DNA of 5,967 nucleotides from positions 1 to 5,967 of IMG/VR virus record IMGVR_UViG_2623620506_000002. One strand, 5' to 3'. Within the stretch, counting starts at the first letter, position 1; the number at the start of each line of letters is the position of its first letter. Made by a program: the position numbers and the translations under genes. The notes under the pieces were generated by a model, which worked only from the letters and a program-made list of their open reading frames with translations, did not search any database and was not told where the DNA came from. This DNA comes from a virus. Taxonomy: Duplodnaviria; Heunggongvirae; Uroviricota; Caudoviricetes. Of the stretch, positions 1 through 5,967 are shown piece after piece.

Positions 1-758
1 TCATAGTCGGCATACCACATGGGCACGCTGTAGCGGGCGGTTGCCAGTGCCTGCAGAGTGTCGAGATCAATTGCCTGCCCTGCGCTGTCTTTCGGGCGTT
101 CCGTGGTCTTCAGTGCGGACAGCGCCCCGGTTGCCACACGCGCCGGACTGTCAGCAATGGTGACGGCGCTGTTACACAGACGGCCGGCAAGAACGCCCGG
201 TTCAAATCCAAAAATTTCCGGAACCAGCATGATTTGCGGGGCGGCGATGCCTTCCTGTAGCGTGGTCAGTTCAGCAACGTAATCTGCCCAGGTTTTGCTG
301 CCGTTATTGGCGGCAATGGTCAGAATGAACCAGATGCGGCGCTGATATTTATTGATGATGGTCTGACGTAACGCCTGTATGGCGTTGATGTCATCCTTCG
401 TGCTGACCGGTTCGGTGATCACCACGCCTTCAACTGAAACAGTTTCCTGAGCCGCCAGTATGGCGTTCTGCCATACCTGGCAGGCTGGCGTCGCTTCTTT
501 GCCCCTGCCGGCTTCCGGCAGAACGGCAACATAGAAAAAGGCATTCTGTCCGGCATTGGTCAGCGCAGACCGAAGGAAGTTCTTCAGCGGGCTGGCGTTC
601 GTTCCCAGTAGCTCATCCAGATCACTGTTGGCATTAACCGGCAGAACCTTACCTTTGTTGTTTTGTGCATTGCCCACAAACAGCAGCGTATTTTCCACGC
701 CGTCCGGCGAGCTACTGAACGTGTTGTACTGTTCAATTGTGACAGATGGCCAGGTCAT
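1..758 (-). CDS. Putative contractile tail sheath-like structural protein, 5' portion only (252 codons in window; 3' end lies beyond the window start)
   Basis: Minus-strand ATG at 758-756 with AGGAGA Shine-Dalgarno (plus 765-770, complement) 6 nt upstream. Manual translation of the frame shows no stop down to position 3. It starts 19 nt after the stop of the gpS-like gene, consistent with one operon. The N-terminus (MTWPSVTIEQYNTF...LLFVGNAQ...VLPVNANSDLDELLG...AFFYVAVLPE) resembles the N-terminal pattern of myovirus and tailocin sheath proteins as I recall them; the function is not confirmed. Confidence 0.6.
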   Translation of the reverse strand, partial: MTWPSVTIEQYNTFSSSPDGVENTLLFVGNAQNNKGKVLPVNANSDLDELLGTNASPLKNFLRSALTNAGQNAFFYVAVLPEAGRGKEATPACQVWQNAILAAQETVSVEGVVITEPVSTKDDINAIQALRQTIINKYQRRIWFILTIAANNGSKTWADYVAELTTLQEGIAAPQIMLVPEIFGFEPGVLAGRLCNSAVTIADSPARVATGALSALKTTERPKDSAGQAIDLDTLQALATARYSVPMWYADY

Positions 759-777
759 AATTTGTCTCCTGATTTTG

Positions 778-1491
778 TTATCTCGTGCCGCCGTAATGCA
801 GGCTGCGCAGCTGCGCCTCCAGAATGCGGGCAAATTCAGCATTACTGGCTCCCAGAAATGCGCGGGAGGGGATTTTGATTTCCCATACACGTTTTTTCTG
901 CTCGCCTTTCAGAATGCTGATCACCAGTCCGGCCTGCGCCATACTCATGTTTTCCATAATCCATTTCATGGAAGGTTTTCTGCGCCCCCTGCGTCCGTTT
1001 TTTTTGCTGACTGCGCCGACGGGGGCGCGAAAGCCCAGAGAAAGAAGGCGTTCTGCCTGCCGTCGTGTGGCGGGACGAGGGCGCATGGCTTCGCTGTCCC
1101 GGCGTTTTGTGGCGCGGCCTTTGATGGTTGCGCCGTGCTGTTGCACCCACGCGACCGCCCCACCATGAGAGCCGGTGTTGTAATCCCCTTTTTTGAAGAA
1201 AAGGCAGACACTTTTCCCGCTGCCGTCAACCCTGATGGCCAGCAGTTTCGGCAGTCCCAGCAGCATTTTGTTTTTATACCTGCCGCTGGCTTTATCCGGT
1301 CTTTTTCGTGGTGCCCAGGCTGCCCCCTCCGGTGTTCGCTGTGCTTTCACATTGCGTCGTGCAGCCGGTATCAGGCCGTATTTCGCAATGCGAACCAGCA
1401 GCCTTCTGGCCTTTGCCGGCGGAAGTTCTGCCTCTCTGATGGCGCGACGAACCTGCCGGAGTTGTGACTCGTTAATCACGGGGCGCGTCAT
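778..1491 (-). CDS. Phage virion morphogenesis / tail completion protein (P2 gpS / Mu gpG family), atypically long at 237 aa
   Basis: 237-aa ORF with AGGTGA SD about 7 nt upstream of the ATG at 1491. Contains the motifs I associate with this family: TPEGAAWAP near the N-terminal third and IPSRAFLG near the C-terminus. The start overlaps the stop of the upstream gene as ATGA. Confidence 0.8.
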   Translation of the reverse strand: MTRPVINESQLRQVRRAIREAELPPAKARRLLVRIAKYGLIPAARRNVKAQRTPEGAAWAPRKRPDKASGRYKNKMLLGLPKLLAIRVDGSGKSVCLFFKKGDYNTGSHGGAVAWVQQHGATIKGRATKRRDSEAMRPRPATRRQAERLLSLGFRAPVGAVSKKNGRRGRRKPSMKWIMENMSMAQAGLVISILKGEQKKRVWEIKIPSRAFLGASNAEFARILEAQLRSLHYGGTR

Positions 1492-1961
1492 GGCATCACC
1501 TGGCAGTGAAGCTGATGCGCCTGAGCCACCCAGATTTCAGGCTTTTCCAGCTGGTAACGTTTCCCGCCTCTGGGGATGGGGCCGTTTTCGTCCTCAATCA
1601 GGGTGATGGGATCAACCAGCGGCAGACTGATTTCCAGCCATGCCACTTCATTTTCATCATCCACTTCGACGTCAACGGCTGGCGCATCCGGTGCCAGGCG
1701 CTGGCGCAGGTCGCCGCCGTTGTCTGCCAGCCAGGCTTCAACCAGAGAGAACACCAAATCCGGATTCAGTTTGCGGTAGGGCCATGCGTCCCATCGCAGA
1801 AAAGCCGTATATTTTCGAACCTGCGTACATAACTGCCCGTGCCCCAGCGACTTCGTGAACGGAACGAGCGTGATGTCATCCATGTCACTGGTGAACGGAA
1901 TGCGTGCGCGTGCCGGCAGATTGTTTTCAATGAATGCCGTCAGGCTGGCGAGTTGCGTCAT
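1488..1961 (-). CDS. Phage tail completion protein, P2 gpR-like
   Basis: 157-aa ORF with AAGGAA SD upstream of the ATG at 1961; its stop overlaps the start of the gpS-like gene (ATGA at 1488-1491). Size, position immediately upstream of the gpS-like gene and a central LVEAWLADNGGDL segment resembling P2 gpR (from memory) support the call. Confidence 0.65.
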   Translation of the reverse strand: MTQLASLTAFIENNLPARARIPFTSDMDDITLVPFTKSLGHGQLCTQVRKYTAFLRWDAWPYRKLNPDLVFSLVEAWLADNGGDLRQRLAPDAPAVDVEVDDENEVAWLEISLPLVDPITLIEDENGPIPRGGKRYQLEKPEIWVAQAHQLHCQVMP

Positions 1962-1970
1962 ACCATTTCC

Positions 1971-2465
1971 TTAATCAATCAGCGCGATGGATGCACGCGG
2001 TCGGCCCAGCAGCGCCCGCACCGCCATGGCCGCTTCAGCCAGCAACGTCCGGCGGCTTTCGCTGACTTCTGATGATGGCTGCGCCTCGCGCCGCCCCACG
2101 CTGGCAGATTCCGGCAAAAGATCGGCCTTTGCGCGGGCATACACAGCCTTGGTGTACAGTGCTGTAATGTGGTTCTGCATCCGTTCAGGTTGTGCATCCG
2201 TATTGCGCGGCTCTGGTTGCAACACGGTGTAACCCGGAATATCAGCGGCCCGGATGTGGCCCTGTTCCTGCCAGTATTCACGGCGTGCAGCCAGTTCAGT
2301 GTTAATCTCTGTTACCGCGCAAAGCAGCGCCGTCAGCACCGTTTCGTGTGACGTGACGGCGGGGATGCTGCGGCTCTTTTCAAAATCGCCGGCATCAATA
2401 TCCGGCCAGAATCCATCGTTCTGAATAATGGCCTGCTGATAGTGAATGCTTTTCCCGTCAAACAT
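1971..2465 (-). CDS. Phage head completion/stabilization protein, P2 gpL-like
   Basis: The frame is open from 2660, but the best start is the ATG at 2465 with GGAG 8 nt upstream, giving 164 aa. The FWPDID motif about 18 residues from the N-terminus and the size match P2 gpL as recalled. The upstream in-frame extension would overlap the gpM-like gene by 97 nt and has no good initiation context. Confidence 0.8.
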   Translation of the reverse strand: MFDGKSIHYQQAIIQNDGFWPDIDAGDFEKSRSIPAVTSHETVLTALLCAVTEINTELAARREYWQEQGHIRAADIPGYTVLQPEPRNTDAQPERMQNHITALYTKAVYARAKADLLPESASVGRREAQPSSEVSESRRTLLAEAAMAVRALLGRPRASIALID

Positions 2466-2563
2466 GCTCACTCCGGGGAAAGGCGGGCTGACCGGTTTCC
2501 GCAGTGTGCTGATGGCTTTTACCGGCACACCTCCACCGCGCCCGCCCGGTTGTTGGGAGTCGT

Positions 2564-3274
2564 TTACGTGCCCTGCAACGCGCGCAGTCTTGCGGCAATG
2601 CGCTGGCGCAGGGTTTTCACCTGAATTTTTGGATGCAGCCAGGCAGCCTGTTCCAGACACTGGTCGGCCTGTTGCAGTCTCTCCGGATCGTTAATTGCAC
2701 TGGCCAGCGGTTTACCGTCATCGCCGCGCAGCAGCAGGACGCCTGCAAAGCGCCAGTAGCGGGCAGCAAGGCGTTCATTCACGCGCCATTTGTCACGGAT
2801 TTTTTCAAACACCTGCTGAAAATATGGCGCGATACTGTTCCCACGTTCAGCTTCGGTTTCTGCCCATTCAAGAATGAAATGGACCACAAACGTTGGCAGC
2901 TCGCTTTTGAAGTTCTCCGGCGTCTTTTGCCCCTGCTCAATGGCAATGTCAGCCCACTGCAGCGCCATCTCAAACTGCCCGGTATCGAACAGCCAGATGA
3001 TGCAGTACACCAGAATGGGATTCTGATAGACGCGTTCCCCCTCCAGATAAGCCTGTGCGTGTGGCAGCCAGCGGGGCAGCAGCGTGTTCCGTTTGAATTC
3101 CAGCTTGTCAGACAGCAGCTCCATGTTGTGCAGTTGTCTGATGTCATTATCCAGTGCCATCAGCTTAATGTGCTGACTCTCTGTGCTGATGGCGCTCCCG
3201 TCCGTTCTGGTCATGAGCGCCGCACGGCGCTCATCCATCTGTCGGGCACGTTGTCGCTGCATTGGCGTTGGCAT
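2564..3274 (-). CDS. Phage terminase small (endonuclease) subunit, P2 gpM-like
   Basis: 236-aa ORF starting 17 nt after the capsid gene stop, with GGAG upstream. The N-terminus (MPTPMQRQRARQM) and internal LLPRWLP and LLRGDDG segments resemble P2 gpM as recalled, and the position after the capsid gene fits. Confidence 0.85.
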   Translation of the reverse strand: MPTPMQRQRARQMDERRAALMTRTDGSAISTESQHIKLMALDNDIRQLHNMELLSDKLEFKRNTLLPRWLPHAQAYLEGERVYQNPILVYCIIWLFDTGQFEMALQWADIAIEQGQKTPENFKSELPTFVVHFILEWAETEAERGNSIAPYFQQVFEKIRDKWRVNERLAARYWRFAGVLLLRGDDGKPLASAINDPERLQQADQCLEQAAWLHPKIQVKTLRQRIAARLRALQGT

Positions 3275-3291
3275 ACCGTGCGCTCCGTTTA

Positions 3292-4305
3292 TCAGGCGAT
3301 GGTGACCGCAGACTCATCCACGGCAGCATATAAATCCGGATCGCCCAGGGCGTACCCCTCGTAACGCCAGTATGAGTTTTCGAACTGTTTGCGATCGCCC
3401 ACATCTTCCGCTTTACGACGGCGGGAACCCTTCAGCGTCAGGATCTGCAGGTTTGGCAGCATGGTCACCACCATACGTTTGCCCGGCATAAACGGCGGAA
3501 TGATGGCCTTGCGGCCTGCAATGTTCTTCGTCAGCAACTGTGCGGCCACTTTTTCGGTAGGCTTGTCCTCTTTGTTGTAGAGGCGCAGCTCCTCGGCGGC
3601 CACAAGGTCAGCACCAACCAGCACGGTAAGGCGTGGATCGTTGTGATACTGCGCCGGGATGTAAGTGCGGATCAGATCGGACGCCATGGCATCCAGCCCC
3701 ACGTAATCGCCGCCGTCACCCAGGGTAACGGCGTCTGTCAGAATACGGGAGGTATTGCCTGGCTGTTCTCCCCACTTACGGGCGATTTCATGCCAGCCGA
3801 TGTTGACGTCTTCGCCGTTCGGGTGACTTTCCGGGTCAGAGTTTTCCGCTGCTGTTTTACCGTTAAAGCCAATGCGCAGCATATCCAGCGCAAAGTTGGT
3901 GACGGCGGCGGAGTTCATCAGGTTGAAAAATTCCTGCGGGCTGCCGGCATTCGCCCAGATGGCGAGTTGTTCCCAGGTGATCACGCAGCAGGAATCAGTT
4001 TCAACGAGTTTAAATTCGTTGCCTTTGATGCCCGAACCTTTAGCGAAACGACCGCTTTTCACGCGACCGGTGCGCAGTGTGGATTCGCCCACGGTGACGA
4101 CCTGCCCCTGCGGGTGCGGAACGTCCATGCAGGTGATGAAATTCAGAAACTCCGTGCTTTCCAGCAGGGCTTTACGCAGAGCAATACTGCGTGGCTCGGT
4201 CAGCGAAAAGAAACGATCGCTTGATTTCCCGCAGTCACTGAATGTTTTTTGCAGTTCGCTGATGTACTGATTAACCAGCTTTTGTGCTTCTGGTGTCATG
4301 TTCAT
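3292..4305 (-). CDS. Phage major capsid protein, P2 gpN family
   Basis: 337-aa ORF with GGAGAG SD 7 nt upstream of the ATG at 4305. Conserved blocks (GFNGKTAAENSD, IGWHEI, GGDYVGLDA, DPRLTVLVGADLVA) agree with the P2 gpN family as recalled. It lies directly downstream of the scaffold gene. Confidence 0.9.
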   Translation of the reverse strand: MNMTPEAQKLVNQYISELQKTFSDCGKSSDRFFSLTEPRSIALRKALLESTEFLNFITCMDVPHPQGQVVTVGESTLRTGRVKSGRFAKGSGIKGNEFKLVETDSCCVITWEQLAIWANAGSPQEFFNLMNSAAVTNFALDMLRIGFNGKTAAENSDPESHPNGEDVNIGWHEIARKWGEQPGNTSRILTDAVTLGDGGDYVGLDAMASDLIRTYIPAQYHNDPRLTVLVGADLVAAEELRLYNKEDKPTEKVAAQLLTKNIAGRKAIIPPFMPGKRMVVTMLPNLQILTLKGSRRRKAEDVGDRKQFENSYWRYEGYALGDPDLYAAVDESAVTIA

Positions 4306-4319
4306 TGAGTTCTCTCCGG

Positions 4320-5210
4320 TTACACCAGGTTAAAAGTTTCGCCACCGGCCGGATTGTTGCCCGGCAGCTTCGTGGCGTCCTTGCTGAGTTCAGCAAATGC
4401 GGTTTCCATACTGGTAACCTTCTCCGCGATGGCGTTCACTGTGGAGAACAGCTTTTCGCCCTGCTCGGTGGTCAGCGTGAAGGTTTTGTCGTCCTTGTTG
4501 TTCTGTTCTGCGTTGTCCTGCCCCTGATCGCCGGTGCTGCCTTCCGGCTTGTTATCACCGGTATCTTTCGGGGCATCCTTCGCGCTGAACTGCGCGACGT
4601 TTTCTTCCAGTTTGTCCAGGCGTTCGCCGGTTTTGTTGATAGCGTCCATCAACTGGCCGAACTGTTTTTCGTTCATATCGTTTTCCTGTTTGTTGCGTCC
4701 CACGGAGAAAAGGCCGGAAAAGAAACTGCGTTTGGCCTGCTCGTCGTCAGACTGCAGCGTGAAATTCAGTTCTTCTGCATTCCCCATGTGAATGGAATCT
4801 CCCTGCGAAAATTGCAGGCGGGTGGTGTTGATGCTGGCCGGTGTGTCAGTCACAGCGATACCGGATACAAAGAATTTGCCTGTTCCCAGGTAGTTTTCCT
4901 TTACCTCTATGGAGGTGAAAAGTTTTTGTCCAGCCTCGTTGGCTTCGGTCAGAAAGCGGTTGGGTATCAGGCGGGCTTTCAGCTGCACTTTATCACCGAC
5001 TTTTTCCGCCTTCAGTGCATCAACAAGACCATAGTTATTGGTGAAAGCACGCCAGCCGGCGCTGGCATGAAACGGCCAGAGCATGGCGGTGTGTTCGTCC
5101 GGGTTATAAACCTCGGCGGCATCCGTCAGCCACTTTGGATCAATTTCCCGACCGTCGATGGTGGGGCCTGAAGTGGCTACGACCACCCAGTCTGTTTTCA
5201 GTTTCGACAT
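4320..5210 (-). CDS. Phage capsid scaffolding protein, P2 gpO family
   Basis: 296-aa ORF. The N-terminus (MSKLKTDWVVVATSGPTIDGREI...VDALKAEKV...IAVTDTPAS) resembles P2 gpO as recalled, and the C-terminal half is a polar, acidic low-complexity segment typical of scaffolding proteins. It is the first gene of the minus-strand operon, divergent from the terminase ATPase gene. Confidence 0.9.
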   Translation of the reverse strand: MSKLKTDWVVVATSGPTIDGREIDPKWLTDAAEVYNPDEHTAMLWPFHASAGWRAFTNNYGLVDALKAEKVGDKVQLKARLIPNRFLTEANEAGQKLFTSIEVKENYLGTGKFFVSGIAVTDTPASINTTRLQFSQGDSIHMGNAEELNFTLQSDDEQAKRSFFSGLFSVGRNKQENDMNEKQFGQLMDAINKTGERLDKLEENVAQFSAKDAPKDTGDNKPEGSTGDQGQDNAEQNNKDDKTFTLTTEQGEKLFSTVNAIAEKVTSMETAFAELSKDATKLPGNNPAGGETFNLV

Positions 5211-5404
5211 CTGAATTAACCCGCTGATAAAAATTAAACTGGCGTTATTTAACGGAGAAATAAAAATGTCGTCATCTGATTAATTTCCGGTACTTTCGGA
5301 TATGCGTATATATCCGAAAAATACCGAAAAGCGATATTCGTTTTTAAAAAAGCCTTTGCTGAAAATGCATAAATTAAAATTGCATCAGCAGGTGAGGTTT
5401 ATTT
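5211..5404. promoter_or_regulatory. AT-rich divergent intergenic control region between the scaffold operon (minus) and the terminase ATPase operon (plus), presumed to carry the late promoters
   Basis: 194 bp that is visibly AT-rich against GC-rich flanking coding sequence, bounded by two divergent start codons. Contains a dyad-symmetric element and a candidate -10 hexamer TAAAAT at 5375-5380. No transcription start can be determined from sequence alone. Confidence 0.55.
5294..5319. repeat. Inverted repeat TTTCGGATAT-N6-ATATCCGAAA (perfect 10-bp arms); candidate regulator binding site
   Basis: Read directly from the sequence: 5294-5303 tttcggatat, spacer gcgtat, 5310-5319 atatccgaaa, which is the exact reverse complement of the left arm. 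Related TTCCGG (5285-5290) and CCGAAA (5324-5329) half-sites flank it. Confidence 0.6.
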
Positions 5405-5967
5405 ATGGCGTATTCTGATGAGGTGATTGCTGCTGCAAAATCGCTCTATCTGAAAAGACACACACCAAAAGAAATACAAAAGAAGCTCGGACTGAACAGC
5501 CCGCGAATTGTTTATTACTGGGCGACAAAGTTTGAGTGGTACACACAGCTTAATACTGAAGGCGTGGAAGATGTTATCGCCCGTCGTCTCGCTGTACTGG
5601 CGGAGCGTGATCATAAAACGCCGGAAGAGCACGATGAACTCGATCGCCTGATTGGTCATCACGTCAAACTGATGTCGGTCAGGAACAAGCACACGGAACG
5701 AATGGCCGAGATTGAACGAATGGGAGCGGATATTCCCCAGTCTGGTCGTTATGGAAAAGAAGAACGCGGAGAAAAAGGTGCAGGTAAGAAAGAGCGCCCC
5801 CGCAAAGCTAATGACGTTTCCGGACTGACTGCTGAAAGTTTTGAGCCGTTTACGAAAAAGTTGTTTGCTTATCAGTTGCATCTGCGTGAAAACAAATTCC
5901 GCCGTGTACGCAACCTGCTTAAATCCCGCCAGATTGGGGCGACGTATTACTTCGCGTTTGAGGCATT
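5405..5967 (+). CDS. Phage terminase ATPase (large) subunit, P2 gpP-like, N-terminal 187 codons (continues beyond window end)
   Basis: ATG at 5405 with GAGG SD about 9 nt upstream. Manual translation (MAYSDEVIAAAKSLYLKRHTPKEIQKKLGL...FRRVRNLLKSRQIGATYYFAFEA) shows no stop to the window end. The SRQIGATYYFA segment matches the conserved N-terminal region of P2-type terminase ATPase subunits as recalled, and the divergent placement relative to the scaffold gene is the P2 arrangement. It is absent from the ORF track only because it has no stop in the window. Confidence 0.85.
   Translation, partial: MAYSDEVIAAAKSLYLKRHTPKEIQKKLGLNSPRIVYYWATKFEWYTQLNTEGVEDVIARRLAVLAERDHKTPEEHDELDRLIGHHVKLMSVRNKHTERMAEIERMGADIPQSGRYGKEERGEKGAGKKERPRKANDVSGLTAESFEPFTKKLFAYQLHLRENKFRRVRNLLKSRQIGATYYFAFEA

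Noticed and set aside
58-282. 74-aa plus-strand ORF
   Set aside because: Lies antisense inside the sheath-like gene with no RBS or recognisable features.
556-1467. 303-aa plus-strand ORF, with nested ORFs at 663-878 and 824-1168 (plus) and 842-1150 and 966-1229 (minus)
   Set aside because: Antisense to, or out of frame with, the well-supported gpS-like and sheath-like genes. No recognisable motifs and no start context; the products are Arg/Ala/Pro-rich, as expected from reading GC-rich coding DNA in the wrong frame.
2490-2530. GTGTGC-N15-GCACAC hairpin in the gpM-gpL spacer as a possible intrinsic terminator
   Set aside because: The stem is short with a large loop and no downstream U-tract on the transcribed (minus) strand, and the downstream gene belongs to the same operon.
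1971-2660. Full 229-aa version of the head completion ORF starting at the ATG at 2660
   Set aside because: It would overlap the 3' end of the gpM-like gene by 97 nt and add a Gly/Pro/Arg-rich N-terminal extension not expected for gpL-type proteins. The internal ATG at 2465 has a GGAG SD and places the FWPDID motif at the expected distance from the N-terminus.
2633-3364. 243-aa plus-strand ORF
   Set aside because: Entirely antisense to the gpM-like small terminase gene and the capsid gene 3' end. Open only because of GC-rich codon composition, with no homology signal.
3643-4224. 193-aa plus-strand ORF, and 132-aa ORF at 3872-4270
   Set aside because: Antisense to the major capsid gene, whose conserved P2 gpN-type motifs firmly establish the minus-strand frame.
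4284-5171. 295-aa plus-strand ORF
   Set aside because: Antisense to the gpO-like scaffold gene; the minus-strand product has a recognisable scaffold N-terminus, this one has none.
5211-5404. Search for a classical P2 Ogr-type TGT-N12-ACA late-promoter dyad
   Set aside because: Not present: only one TGT (5267-5269) and no ACA on the plus strand in this region. The absence is reported as a finding instead.
5399-5881. 160-aa minus-strand ORF
   Set aside because: Antisense to the terminase ATPase gene, which has a good RBS and a conserved terminase motif. The minus-strand product is low-complexity and Phe/Ser/Leu-rich, typical of an antisense artefact.
1-5967. tRNA, rRNA, CRISPR array, IS element or attachment-site repeats
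   Set aside because: No cloverleaf-like or rRNA-like sequences, no regularly spaced direct repeats and no transposase- or integrase-like ORFs were seen. The window is almost entirely protein-coding structural genes.

Overview
The window is a contiguous block of virion morphogenesis and packaging genes from a P2-like (peduovirus-type) myovirus, most likely the late region of a prophage in a GC-rich Gram-negative host. Seven genes run on the minus strand in the order scaffold (gpO-like, 4320-5210), major capsid (gpN-like, 3292-4305), small terminase (gpM-like, 2564-3274), head completion (gpL-like, 1971-2465), tail completion (gpR-like, 1488-1961), virion morphogenesis (gpS-like, 778-1491) and the 5' part of a probable tail sheath gene (1-758, runs off the window). 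A terminase ATPase gene (gpP-like, 5405 to past 5967) is transcribed divergently on the plus strand from an AT-rich 194-bp intergenic region (5211-5404). All family assignments rest on recalled similarity to P2 proteins and motifs, not on any search. No rRNA, tRNA, CRISPR array, IS element or obvious cargo or defence gene is visible. The points worth a second look are a symmetric dyad element centred midway between the two divergent start codons with no classical P2 Ogr-type TGT-N12-ACA motif, a gene order that departs from P2 (L is followed directly by R, S and the sheath gene, with no X or lysis cassette), and an unusually long gpS-like protein carrying a basic insert with an A8 tract. The long plus-strand ORFs in the track are antisense artefacts of the GC-rich coding sequence.
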